Counted from the first letter of the stretch, positions 39,678-49,209 are shown. The stretch is DNA of 64,000 nucleotides from an uncultured virus (IMG/VR IMGVR_UViG_3300026191_000001) (IMGVR_UViG_3300026191_000001:1-64000), one strand, 5' to 3'. Notes: a model not told the origin generated them from the sequence alone. Numbers and translations are program-made.

Positions 39678-40577
39678 TTAAGCCACCTTGTCTAATTTTT
39701 TACTTTGTTGAAAATAGCGGAACAACTCGCCGCCTGCCCATTCACCTTTCGGCACTGACACACCATTACCAATCTGGCGATATGCCGACGTAGCCGAGAC
39801 AGGGAACGTAAACCATTCTGGTACACCCTGCAGCCTCGCATACTCACGCACTGAGTAAGGACGAACACCCATTGGGAATCGCTTGTCAGCAACCAAGCGC
39901 GTCGATTTATCCTTGGCGTAGTGAGCAACACAAGTCGGCGCTATATCTCCTTTGCTGGGGTCGCTGATTATTGGGAGGTCACGGTACTTACCCGACATTC
40001 GCGCTTTAATAGCGCTGGGCAAGGTTACTTCTGGGTCATGCTCGACAATTTCAGCCAGCGTCACAGGACGACAACTCTTCGGGGGGCGAACTTCAAAAGG
40101 TCGGCGGGTACCAAAAATAATCAGACGATCTCTTCGCTGGGGTAACCAATGCTGAGATTGGACCGGACAAAAAACGTGAACGTAGTAATCCGGCAACTTT
40201 GTCATAGCTTCCATTACCAGCGGAAACGCTCTCATTCCTGGCACATTTTCCACCACGTAGGCATCGGGCTTGCGAATGGCTAAGTGACGCAAAGCATGAA
40301 GGAATAAATCGTCACCAGTTCTTACGCCGTGAATATCACCTATCGTGGAATACTTGGTGCAAGGGTAGGTAAAAACCATCGCATCGCATTCTTCTTGGTT
40401 TAACACGAGCTCTTCAGTCAAATCGCACTGTTGAACATGGTGGCCAATATTCTCGCGATACGTCTTAACCGCGTCGGTATCAATTTCAAAAGACTGGTTA
40501 ATAGTTAATCCCGCATTTATCAGCCCAATATCCATCAGGCCAGCACCACAAAAATAACTGTTTACGTTTATTTGCAT
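39678..40577 (-). CDS. DNA cytosine-C5 methyltransferase
   Basis: FCGAG, YPC, VENV, QRRDR, RLQG, IGNGV. Confidence 0.93.
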   Translation of the reverse strand: MQINVNSYFCGAGLMDIGLINAGLTINQSFEIDTDAVKTYRENIGHHVQQCDLTEELVLNQEECDAMVFTYPCTKYSTIGDIHGVRTGDDLFLHALRHLAIRKPDAYVVENVPGMRAFPLVMEAMTKLPDYYVHVFCPVQSQHWLPQRRDRLIIFGTRRPFEVRPPKSCRPVTLAEIVEHDPEVTLPSAIKARMSGKYRDLPIISDPSKGDIAPTCVAHYAKDKSTRLVADKRFPMGVRPYSVREYARLQGVPEWFTFPVSATSAYRQIGNGVSVPKGEWAGGELFRYFQQSKKLDKVA

Positions 40578-40603
40578 CGTCAATTTCCAATTTAAAAAGT
40601 TAA

Positions 40604-41530
40604 TTACTCTTGTCTAAATAAATCAGAACCCCTTTTCACCGATCCCTTATGGCTGGCACTGTGCTCAAGACTTGGGGCCGGTTCAATCGGCTCAAGTGAC
40701 ATTACCTCGGCCAAGGCGTCGCTATTTTCTCGAAGCCAGTCCAAAAGAACCTCACGTTTTCGAGCATCCGCCTCGGCCTTTGATATCATTGGAGACCCTG
40801 CGATAGGTAAATCATCTACGTTAAGCTTTTCTAATACGCTATTCGCTCTCGCTATACTCATAACGTGTCCCAGTGAGTTAGCAATAGCCCCCTCACTATC
40901 TTCATCTAAGGGGCCGACCTTGAATTGCGGGGTAACACGGTATTCACCATCAGGTATTAACCAACGGAACTCATCCCAAATTTCGAGGAACTGCTTATCT
41001 AGCAGAGCTACACGCTCATCGGTAGTTAACGCTCTGGCAGGTTGAGGCCCCGCTTCCTGAGGGTATTGCTTTGGTTCAGGACGACGTTTGTGAAAACTAA
41101 TACCCTTACCGTTAATCACAAATATCTCACTACGGACCATTGAAAGAATATCTGAATAAGGTTCGGCAAAATCATATCCGCTAAAGGCTACAGGTATCGC
41201 GTCCTCGTGTGTTTGGTGGGCGTGGTAAATATAGTAACCTAGCGTAACGTCTGTCTCGTTGGTGACTGCGGTTAATATTGCATTCGCGGTCTCGGGGCAA
41301 ATTAGTGGGATAGTGGTAGAGAAACTATTCTGTGTTATTTCTTCCACGGCAACCAGAGTTTCATAGTTGTTATTCGAAGCGGGTGTTTTCATTTTGACTA
41401 ACTTATTGTGAACTTGTCTTTCTTCGTAATCCGTCAAGTTACTCAGCGCTTCGCCCAGTTTCTCTTTATTCCAAACAATCATTTTGGCCTGTACTACAGC
41501 GCCATTACCTAATTTCAAACCTTTTTTCAT
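40604..41530 (-). CDS. Hypothetical protein
   Basis: Start motif. Confidence 0.65.
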   Translation of the reverse strand: MKKGLKLGNGAVVQAKMIVWNKEKLGEALSNLTDYEERQVHNKLVKMKTPASNNNYETLVAVEEITQNSFSTTIPLICPETANAILTAVTNETDVTLGYYIYHAHQTHEDAIPVAFSGYDFAEPYSDILSMVRSEIFVINGKGISFHKRRPEPKQYPQEAGPQPARALTTDERVALLDKQFLEIWDEFRWLIPDGEYRVTPQFKVGPLDEDSEGAIANSLGHVMSIARANSVLEKLNVDDLPIAGSPMISKAEADARKREVLLDWLRENSDALAEVMSLEPIEPAPSLEHSASHKGSVKRGSDLFRQE

Positions 41531-41574
41531 CGTCAATTTCCTAAGTTAATTCCAAAAGGGGAGAACATTCCCCC

Positions 41575-41766
41575 CTAAATCACGCTAATTATTACTGCTT
41601 CACGGTTAAAACATTCCGAGCAGATATTCTTGCTCGAACCCATCAACTCAAGTTCCATTTCTATTGCACGGCGTCTCGAGTCACTTATCTTTGACTGGCA
41701 CTTTGAACAGTGCGCGTCAGCCTTTGCCGGAACAAGGCCCTTAAATAGGTTGGGGATACTACTCAC
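41575..41766 (-). CDS. Small zinc-finger-like protein
   Basis: CSKC..RRRA..CSEC. Confidence 0.55.
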   Translation of the reverse strand: MSSIPNLFKGLVPAKADAHCSKCQSKISDSRRRAIEMELELMGSSKNICSECFNREAVIISVI

Positions 41767-42679
41767 CGTGTAAATCCCTATGGGTGCTTAAGCGTCCCAA
41801 GCGAATTTCAACTTCTACCGTAACCGCAAACTTCTCCGCTAAAGAGTTACCAAAGTTTGCCGCTTGGTGAATATTAGCCGATAAGCACGCGGCTTTACCC
41901 GCACCACCACAATCGGCATCGAGCGCTCGACTCAATTCATCGGCACACGAGATAGTGAGAACCGCAACTTGGTATTCCGCTTCAGGATCATCAGGGTCCA
42001 CCCAAGTTAGATTTTCCATGATGTAGTCGTGAATGGTGTATTTACCTTCAACGAACTCCATCCAGCCCCATTCGGAATCGGTCAAGATATAATGAATAGG
42101 CATACCTGAACTGACTCTTTCGGGGATGTTGTAGAATGCAATATCTTTATCCGCCAAAATCTCTTCAGAGGTGTAACGGTGTGGATGCGGCTGTTTTCTT
42201 TCTTCCACTCCCACACGGCCATTTAATAACAAACTCAGCACATGCTTCATAAACTCCAACGCTTCAGACGCGGTAGGTTCCTCGGATTCAATATGTTTGA
42301 ATCGGAGGCAATCCCACGGGAGATAAACTTCGGCTGCTAGGCGTCGAAGATAAAGTGATCCTGAGACAATTGCCTCCGCGACATTGCCTATTTCATGGTG
42401 TAAAGCCCAAAGAACTTGTTCGGCCGCGATAGAGCTTCGAAAATCCTCCGTATCAATAGCTATGAATTTCTGAATTTCAGGTGTTACCGCCCCATAGCCA
42501 GCGACACAAGCAGGAGTACCACAGGTGTGAATATCTTTCGCTTCGTTAGCCACCATCTCATTTTCAAAGTAAGAAATCATTTTCAAAGGCAACTCAGCCT
42601 TAACGACTTCTTCCATCGTCGCAATTAACATGCGGAGTAGGGGGAAACGTGGTTTTACTTTTGGTGGTTGGTTATTCAT
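41759..42679 (-). CDS. Hypothetical protein (HTCGT paralogue family, C-terminally extended)
   Basis: DIHTCGTPACVAGYGAV shared with 44055-44543. Confidence 0.65.
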   Translation of the reverse strand: MNNQPPKVKPRFPLLRMLIATMEEVVKAELPLKMISYFENEMVANEAKDIHTCGTPACVAGYGAVTPEIQKFIAIDTEDFRSSIAAEQVLWALHHEIGNVAEAIVSGSLYLRRLAAEVYLPWDCLRFKHIESEEPTASEALEFMKHVLSLLLNGRVGVEERKQPHPHRYTSEEILADKDIAFYNIPERVSSGMPIHYILTDSEWGWMEFVEGKYTIHDYIMENLTWVDPDDPEAEYQVAVLTISCADELSRALDADCGGAGKAACLSANIHQAANFGNSLAEKFAVTVEVEIRLGRLSTHRDLHGE

Positions 42680-42893
42680 CGTCAATTTCCTCCGCAATTT
42701 TTCCCGCTTCTAGTAACTTGCGGTACTCAACTACGTTATCGGGAGAGTAGTCCATAAGCCCAAACGACTTCGCACCCGTTTCTAAACAAAGGGCAGAGCC
42801 ATACACATTTAGGTTTATCGACTCAAGGTAAGTGATAACTTCAATAAGCGTCTTGTTTCTGGGACGCTTTATCTTCGGCGTGTCTTCACTCAT
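42672..42893 (-). CDS. Hypothetical protein
   Basis: Overlapping operon ORF. Confidence 0.55.
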   Translation of the reverse strand: MSEDTPKIKRPRNKTLIEVITYLESINLNVYGSALCLETGAKSFGLMDYSPDNVVEYRKLLEAGKIAEEIDDE

Positions 42894-43378
42894 ACGTCTT
42901 CGGCCTCCGCCCAGGCTTTTTCGAACTCGGCTTTTGAATAGGGGCTAAGGCCACCAAATTCGTAACGATGTAAGACCGCAGCTTGAGTGAACTCGCAATC
43001 GTTGATTTGATAGCAAATCCGACGAGTAACGTCATACATCAACACACCTCTTCGCGCCCCGCCGGATAGAGCAATATACTCATACTCAACCGCACGAATA
43101 ATCTGGCCCTCTGGACCATAGTGACGACCCGTGTTCCACTCCATACGCCGCATTTTTTCAGGTTCTGGTTTCACTTCTTCAGGGTAACAAGACCACGACG
43201 TTTCACTCAGGCCAAAGCCTTGTTGTCGGTCAATTTCAGAAACCGGTAGGTCCGCCGCAACATGGTTGCCATAAGCTTCAGCAACGTCATAATCGCTTGC
43301 CATAACGTTAGGTAAAACAAGCTGTCGGCCGGTATCGCTCTCTTCTAGCACTATTTTGAATTCTTTTAAGTCGCTCAT
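42890..43378 (-). CDS. Hypothetical protein
   Basis: Overlapping operon ORF. Confidence 0.6.
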   Translation of the reverse strand: MSDLKEFKIVLEESDTGRQLVLPNVMASDYDVAEAYGNHVAADLPVSEIDRQQGFGLSETSWSCYPEEVKPEPEKMRRMEWNTGRHYGPEGQIIRAVEYEYIALSGGARRGVLMYDVTRRICYQINDCEFTQAAVLHRYEFGGLSPYSKAEFEKAWAEAEDV

Positions 43379-43866
43379 TACTCGTCCCCTACCGGTAGGG
43401 TTGCAAGATAGGCTAGAACATCATCTGACAGAGTAAGAATGTTACGTATCATCTGCTCGTTCGCTTCGACAAATCCCGTTAGGTCGTTAGCTGTTTCGCC
43501 ACCAAAGTCCACGCGGCCATCGCCCATACGGTCCTCGATGTTCAGTTGCTTGCAGTAGCGTTCCGCGTCTTTGAGTGTTAGACAGTCTGCCACATGGGTT
43601 TCAGTCTCGGTGCATACGTCAAACACCACTCTTGGGCGAATAAAGTGCGGCCCTACTTGTGTGCAGTCAATTCGGTGATCTTTGACTTCACCATGCACCA
43701 CACCTGAGAAGAACTGTTCACTTTCGTAGATTCGCTGGCACTCTTGCTTTAGGGTATTTATCGATTGCTTAGAGTCCTCTAGTTTCTTTTGCAACGACTC
43801 TATAACATCCACTAGTTCGTCGTTACGGAAGTTTTCTAAATAATTTTTTCTGTTAATTTCACTCAT
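43378..43866 (-). CDS. Hypothetical protein
   Basis: Start motif. Confidence 0.6.
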   Translation of the reverse strand: MSEINRKNYLENFRNDELVDVIESLQKKLEDSKQSINTLKQECQRIYESEQFFSGVVHGEVKDHRIDCTQVGPHFIRPRVVFDVCTETETHVADCLTLKDAERYCKQLNIEDRMGDGRVDFGGETANDLTGFVEANEQMIRNILTLSDDVLAYLATLPVGDE

Positions 43867-44014
43867 CGTCAATTTCCTTAAAGTTACAATAAACTGGCCC
43901 TTCATCAGGGGCCATAAAGTCAATTTCTGGGTCGGTAGCAAACTCGCAGTGCTCAACCGTTTTGTACCCCTCACCTAGCATGGTGCCACCACACTTTTTG
44001 CACACTTGGCGCAT
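43859..44014 (-). CDS. Small Cys-rich protein
   Basis: CKKCGG..HC..PDEGPVYC; variant start motif. Confidence 0.6.
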   Translation of the reverse strand: MRQVCKKCGGTMLGEGYKTVEHCEFATDPEIDFMAPDEGPVYCNFKEIDDE

Positions 44015-44054
44015 CGTCAACCTCCAAAAGAGGGGGGGGGGAATGTTCCCACCC

Positions 44055-44543
44055 TTATTCTTCTTCCTGTTCCGCTTCCTCACGTTCCCAGCGTTTTAGT
44101 TCACGCTCTTTGAAGGCCAGCACATACTTCATGTACTTCAAGGTTTCCTTAGCCTCGGGCTCATCTTTGTGTAGGTGCTCAAACTCAAGGTCGGTTTCTG
44201 GTAGATATTGCGCGGCGTGGTCATATCTTCCCTCGGCTTTGCTGACAAAAACCGAATATCCTAAGTCTCCGATTTCTTCCAACAAATAGTCCGCAATATT
44301 CTCAGCGGTTTCCGACGCTCGAAAAAGGGGCATATCCACCTCAAGGAATTTCTGAATTTTAGGGTTAACCGCACCATAACCCGCGACACAAGCTGCAGTA
44401 CCACAAGTGTGAATATCTGTAGCTTGGTCTGCGGTATCCCTATCCAAATAGTAATCGTCCATCCGAAAATCTAAATCAGACGCAACCACTTGTTCCATGG
44501 TCTCGATTAACAGTTCTAACAGCGGAAAATTACCGGTACTCAT
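44055..44543 (-). CDS. Hypothetical protein (HTCGT paralogue family)
   Basis: DIHTCGTAACVAGYGAV. Confidence 0.65.
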   Translation of the reverse strand: MSTGNFPLLELLIETMEQVVASDLDFRMDDYYLDRDTADQATDIHTCGTAACVAGYGAVNPKIQKFLEVDMPLFRASETAENIADYLLEEIGDLGYSVFVSKAEGRYDHAAQYLPETDLEFEHLHKDEPEAKETLKYMKYVLAFKERELKRWEREEAEQEEE

Positions 44544-45028
44544 AATTCACCTCGTTGTGAAAGAGAAATGGCGGGACAGCCTTGGCCGTTACCTACGATG
44601 ATGTGATCGAGTAACGGCACGTCAATAGTCGACAGGGCTTGTTTAATCTCTTGCGTCAAACTAATGTCCGCTCGGCTTGGTTCAGGATGGCCCGAAGGAT
44701 GGTTATGCGCGATTATTACCGCCGCAGCATTCAGCTCTAAAACACGACGAATAATCTCACGAGGGAAAACCGAGGCCGCGTTTATCGTGCCCTCAAACAT
44801 AATTTCACCCACAATCAAACCGTGTTGAGCATCAAGGAACAGGCAAAGAAAACGTTCGCGAGAACCCTCGCATAGCTGCAAGGCACAATAGTCTTTACAT
44901 GCGCCAACGTCGGTTATCTTAGAGCGGCCATAATGGTTAGGCTGTTTCTCACGAATGATGTTTAGCGCTCGAGTGATAGCGCGTTTCTCAGTAGGGGTGT
45001 AAGGACCACAATCAGTTAGTCTAGTCAT
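44540..45028 (-). CDS. RadC-like JAB domain protein
   Basis: ERFLCLFLD..GTINAASVFPREI..AHNHPSG..PSRAD..LLDHIIVG. Confidence 0.92.
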   Translation of the reverse strand: MTRLTDCGPYTPTEKRAITRALNIIREKQPNHYGRSKITDVGACKDYCALQLCEGSRERFLCLFLDAQHGLIVGEIMFEGTINAASVFPREIIRRVLELNAAAVIIAHNHPSGHPEPSRADISLTQEIKQALSTIDVPLLDHIIVGNGQGCPAISLSQRGEL

Positions 45029-45096
45029 AACGTCAATTTCCAATTTTTAAAAAGTTAATTACCAAATCAGGGGGGAACATTCTCCCCCTTCAAACC

Positions 45097-45591
45097 TTAC
45101 GCAGCGTCTTGGGCTCTCACCTCAAGCATGGCCAGAAGGTAATCGGCATAGCTGATAAAATCATCAAGGTATTCACTGCCCAGATACAACCACGCAAAGC
45201 TTTTGATTTTATCGCGGTCAATCCCTATACCTTCAGCCGAATACCGGCGAATGTGGATATTCACCCCCAAGAGCGAGTCAATCAGCAACGACCCCGCTTC
45301 AAAATCATCCAGCGCGATACTCACTTCTTCCACCAAGGCACAGATAAACGCGGACTCAATCAACATCCAGTGCGAATACTCCCAGCCCATCAAGGCCCGA
45401 ATCTTCGCGTCACGGACACAGTAACCCTCGATTGTCGTGTGTGGTGTGTTTTGGGTTATCGGCTTGAGGTTATCAATCGAGACCCGAGAGCCTTCGTCTT
45501 CACCCTCGATTGTCATAGCCAAACGACCACAGTTTCTCGCGGTATGTGCAACCGCAATCATACGCCGGAAAATGGGTAGATTTTTACTCAT
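45097..45591 (-). CDS. Hypothetical protein (possible distant HTCGT-family paralogue)
   Basis: LPIFRRMI..TTIEGYCVRDAKIR resembles FPLLxxLI..ACVAGYGAVNPKIQ. Confidence 0.55.
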   Translation of the reverse strand: MSKNLPIFRRMIAVAHTARNCGRLAMTIEGEDEGSRVSIDNLKPITQNTPHTTIEGYCVRDAKIRALMGWEYSHWMLIESAFICALVEEVSIALDDFEAGSLLIDSLLGVNIHIRRYSAEGIGIDRDKIKSFAWLYLGSEYLDDFISYADYLLAMLEVRAQDAA

Positions 45592-45889
45592 CGTCCTCGT
45601 CCTTAGGCTCTTCGAAAGCCGTGAGGTCATACCCCATATCGAAGAGCTCATCGATAATTTCGGCTTTACGACGGGCGATAATTTCTTGAAACCATCCACC
45701 ACTTACATTGAAAGGACCAACACAAGTTTTATCCGTCCCGTGAATAGCCAACGGATGATCTTCGTCAAGATGAACCGTACCTTGTAAATCGCACAACTTT
45801 TTCAATTCATCCAAAAGAGAAATAACCCGCACACAATGTCTCATAAGCATCGAATTTAGCTTCGAACTTTTAGTCACTTTTTTACTCAT
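45584..45889 (-). CDS. Hypothetical protein
   Basis: Start motif. Confidence 0.6.
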   Translation of the reverse strand: MSKKVTKSSKLNSMLMRHCVRVISLLDELKKLCDLQGTVHLDEDHPLAIHGTDKTCVGPFNVSGGWFQEIIARRKAEIIDELFDMGYDLTAFEEPKDEDDE

Positions 45890-45920
45890 AATCGTCAATC
45901 TCACTAATTGTCGGGGTAAA

Positions 45921-46307
45921 CTATGCCGATTCTCGGGCCGCAGCGTCACCACGAGAAGACTTCTCGGGGAATTCGTCCTTACCTAGCACCTTTTCCATTG
46001 CACCCGCTGAGGATGCGATAGAGGCCGCGCATTCAACACCGCAGTTAAAGCCAAAATCGACCAGTTTTTCGACAACCGAAAAGTCCAGGCCGAGTTCTTG
46101 ACTCAGCGCTTGGGTACGACGATACATTTCGCCGAGGTCATTCGTGCCCTTCAGAGCATCAGATTTTCGGTAGAGACCAATGAGACATTCGATTTGCTTG
46201 GCTTTCATCTGCATGACAGCTTCAGCAATCTCGCGCTGGGTTTGGCGCATGAGTTCGTGAGGGGAGGGAGCAGTCTGGTTTACAGGTTGGGGAATGGATT
46301 TAGTCAT
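45921..46307 (-). CDS. Hypothetical protein
   Basis: Start motif; first gene after a sigma70 promoter. Confidence 0.65.
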   Translation of the reverse strand: MTKSIPQPVNQTAPSPHELMRQTQREIAEAVMQMKAKQIECLIGLYRKSDALKGTNDLGEMYRRTQALSQELGLDFSVVEKLVDFGFNCGVECAASIASSAGAMEKVLGKDEFPEKSSRGDAAARESA

Positions 46308-46368
46308 ATCGTCAATTTCCTAGTTAATTAATCGGCTCACGCCGTAACACCCCGAAGGGCGGATTTCA

Positions 46369-46397
46369 GTTATACAAGGGCAAAATGCCCTAGTCAA
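46369..46397 (-). promoter_or_regulatory. Sigma70 promoter for the accessory arm
   Basis: TTGACT-17-TATAAC; spacer contains inverted repeat AGGGCA-TTT-TGCCCT. Confidence 0.7.
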
Positions 46398-46619
46398 TTG
46401 CAATGGTCTGATTAAGACCAAAAAACACAATTTGGGTGTGATTCACTCCCACGGTGGTTTGTTGCACGTTGCGACAGTGAGGACCACAAGCGAATTCAAA
46501 TTCCAAGACGCGCAAAGGTTACAGGTCGTCACACAAAGGTCGTTGGGTAGATCACTGCGACTTGCAGCAAGTCACAAGGAGTAACGAGGACATTGTGTGT
46601 AAATAAACCTCAGGTACGA

Positions 46620-46971
46620 ATTAAATCGAAAGCGAAGTTTTTAAAAGTATACTTCTTAAAAAATGTTCCCAGTAAAATATATAAATGTACATTTAATAAC
46701 GAAAGTTTGTGGGAACATTTTTGTCACCGGCTCTGAAGCCCTTGTTACCCACGGCATTGCGAGTAATAATTACCCTCACCGAAGTTACGCGTAACTGGTC
46801 AAAATTCGCACAGCTACAGGCCGCATTCTACCGTTTTGAGAAATCGCAAAAATGGCCTAGAAAGTTTATGGGAACACAAAACCTAAGTTATTGTATCTAG
46901 GCACTTAAGCTGGGCTTTTGTGTGACTTTTGAGGGTTCTACACCAGTTTCGTCAAAAAGTTTACGGGAACA
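46620..46971. other. Putative replication origin with iterons
   Basis: AAAGTTTRYGGGAACA at 46702, 46861 and 46956, an inverted copy near 46659-46671, and an AT-rich core. Confidence 0.55.
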
Positions 46972-47205
46972 GGTGTTAACTGGCTCTGGAATGTCCGTTT
47001 GCGCCAGTCTGATTGTTGTGCTCATTTCGCAAATCAACAACATTTGGTGATGCTTGGCTACGTGTTCTGGGTCCAAATTTCCCAATTCCATGAGTGTCAC
47101 ACCTTTCAATTCTAGCGTGCCAATCTCGTATTGCAGCGTGCCATATTGGAGGACAACCACTGGCTTATGCCAGCCAAATCGTATCGAAACGTTGTTAAAT
47201 TCCAT
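46897..47205 (-). CDS. Hypothetical protein
   Basis: Start motif. Confidence 0.55.
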   Translation of the reverse strand: MEFNNVSIRFGWHKPVVVLQYGTLQYEIGTLELKGVTLMELGNLDPEHVAKHHQMLLICEMSTTIRLAQTDIPEPVNTCSRKLFDETGVEPSKVTQKPSLSA

Positions 47206-47480
47206 CGTCAATTTCCTGTCAAAATGTGCTCAAATATGGGGGGGAATGTTCCCCCCTGAAGCCCTTAAATTGGGCTTGGTCTTGAGGTTAAGGCAAATAC
47301 CTGTGGCCTTAAAATACTTTACACGACCCTTGTATAGGTCCTATATTCTCATGCGAGAAGCTTGGAAAGAGGCTTGAGGGTCGGAATCGGCGCTGCTCCT
47401 ATTTCCGCGCTGTCAACCCTCAATTCGAATTTTTTGATTCTTTTTCTCGAACCAAAAACCACCAGCCTCGATTCTAGATT

Positions 47481-47714
47481 CTATTTTTTAGAATGAAAGC
47501 GCAGTTCCACCAGCCGAAAATTACTTCTTCTGTCTAGAGTTTCCGCTTTGAGGGTCGCTACTGAGATCAAAAACAATGGCACACTGGCGTAACTCGATAC
47601 CTCAATTAAGCCCAGGCCATCGGCACTCGTAATGAGTACCGTGAACCCAGCCACCAACAGCATAAAATGCACCATAAACGCGATAAATAAAGCAATATCT
47701 GTACGTGTAATCAT
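47481..47714 (-). CDS. Small two-TM protein
   Basis: Variant motif GGAAATTGATGATG; hydrophobic. Confidence 0.55.
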   Translation of the reverse strand: MITRTDIALFIAFMVHFMLLVAGFTVLITSADGLGLIEVSSYASVPLFLISVATLKAETLDRRSNFRLVELRFHSKK

Positions 47715-47727
47715 CATCAATTTCCTT

Positions 47728-47910
47728 TTAGTTGAACAAGTGTGTTTCGGTAAAATATAAATCCTTAATATTCTCTTCAGTTAAGACTTTAAGGTGCTTT
47801 TTTAATCTAGAAAGTAGAATGGTTCGGGTATACGGGCCATCGTTAATAACAAACCCTTCGCGCTGCTTACCATGAGGACCCACCAGCCATGTATTTTTAA
47901 CGGTAATCAT
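47728..47910 (-). CDS. Hypothetical protein
   Basis: Variant motif GGAAATTGATGATG. Confidence 0.55.
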   Translation of the reverse strand: MITVKNTWLVGPHGKQREGFVINDGPYTRTILLSRLKKHLKVLTEENIKDLYFTETHLFN

Positions 47911-48192
47911 CATCAATTTCCTTGTATCTGGGGGAGAATGTTCCCCCCCCTTAAATCGCCGCGACAGTCACGGCCCTGTAGTTGCCAAATTCCCTTCACG
48001 CGAATTGCTATCACAATCCACCAGCCAAGCCCCTAGACACGAGAGCCTAGGCACTGGCACACACCACCAGCATAGGTAGGCACGCGCTTAATAGCCTCGT
48101 GAAAAATAAAAAACCGATTAGCACTAGCCGTGCTAATCGGTTTTTCGTTTCTCGAATTGAGGGGGGGGAATGTTCCCCCCGTCCCGCTGGGC

Positions 48193-48909
48193 TTACTTGT
48201 TAAGTTGCTTTTCAAGATCCTTTTGAATCTCAAGCGATAGAGCAAGCATTGCTTTGCTAACCTTGGCGCGGTGAGCCTTAGGTAAACCGGCCGCGTCTAG
48301 CGCTTCAAGTTGGTTATTGATTAGCGCTTGTGTGTGATCCTCAAGCTTAGAAACAAGAGCCATAACCGCGCTAGATACATTATCATCAGCAGCACGCTTT
48401 GCCGCGCCGCCTTCTTTATCCTTGCCCTTTACAGGTGCGCTTTTCGCGTCTTTGCTTGGCTTTTCTTCTTTCGCTTCTTTAGGCAAGTATTCACCTAAAA
48501 AGTTAAGCCATTCAACGCGCCCTTGAGGAGCACCGTTTTCGCCGTAAATATCCGCGTTTAATACCTTGTCACCGATTTGCGCGAATGTGCCGTTTAACTC
48601 GATCGTTTTGATTGAGTCGAAAAACTTGGTTAGATATTGACGGTTATCATTTACGAATTTCACGTAAGTTTTCCAGTAACCTTTTGCTTGGTTGTATAGG
48701 CGTGAGCTGTCGCGGTTGGCTTTTGTACGTTGGTTAGCTGGCACGCCGTACAAGTCACAACAAAGCGCGATGTTTGCACCTTGTTCCATGTTGTGTGCTA
48801 CGGCATAGCACGCAATAGCCATTTTAACGGCTGGCACACGTAGATCATTCTTATCAGCAGTAACAAGAGCAGAAGCAAAAACAGAAGCGTTAAAAGTGGT
48901 AGTAGTCAT
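48193..48909 (-). CDS. Hypothetical Ala/Lys-rich early protein
   Basis: Own promoter and start motif; first gene of the leftward arm. Confidence 0.7.
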   Translation of the reverse strand: MTTTTFNASVFASALVTADKNDLRVPAVKMAIACYAVAHNMEQGANIALCCDLYGVPANQRTKANRDSSRLYNQAKGYWKTYVKFVNDNRQYLTKFFDSIKTIELNGTFAQIGDKVLNADIYGENGAPQGRVEWLNFLGEYLPKEAKEEKPSKDAKSAPVKGKDKEGGAAKRAADDNVSSAVMALVSKLEDHTQALINNQLEALDAAGLPKAHRAKVSKAMLALSLEIQKDLEKQLNK

Positions 48910-49000
48910 AATCGTCAATCCTTAAAAGTTAATTTGTTGGTGGGGGAATGTTCCCCCCCCCTCGATGCGAGTAATTCGGTACTTGCGTCGAGTTGCATTC

Positions 49001-49030
49001 ACTATAAAAGGGGGGGTGGATTTTATGCAA
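49001..49030 (-). promoter_or_regulatory. Sigma70 promoter
   Basis: TTGCAT-18-TATAGT. Confidence 0.55.
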
Positions 49031-49109
49031 GAAAATGGGGTGATATAGTGGGGTGGCCCTCTCACTCCACCTGAAAAATTTTTGGAATTTTGGAAGGTTA
49101 TAGATACTA

Positions 49110-49207
49110 CCCTCGACCCTCAAACCTAGAACCGCGACCCTAGACCCAAGAACCTCGACCCGGGAAACTAGAAACTTTACCCTAGAACCGCGACCCGAGA
49201 ACCTAGG
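49110..49207. repeat. Array of 14 degenerate heptamers, consensus (A/C)CCTAGA
   Basis: ccctcga ccctcaa acctaga accgcga ccctaga cccaaga acctcga cccggga aactaga aacttta ccctaga accgcga cccgaga acctagg. Confidence 0.85.
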
Positions 49208-49209
49208 CC

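Larger units (their letters stand above)
34882..48961. repeat. Dispersed G/C hairpin-palindrome GGGG(A)GAAYRTT(CT)CCCC, 11 copies
   Basis: 34882, 35925, 38186, 39121, 41557, 44031, 45069, 47238, 47930, 48160, 48942; all intergenic. Confidence 0.9.

Noticed and set aside
34851..48961. CRISPR array or integron attC array
   Set aside because: Repeats are separated by whole genes of variable length. No cas genes, no attC-type RYYYAAC/GTTRRRY structure noticed, and the integrase is a phage type with its own attP.
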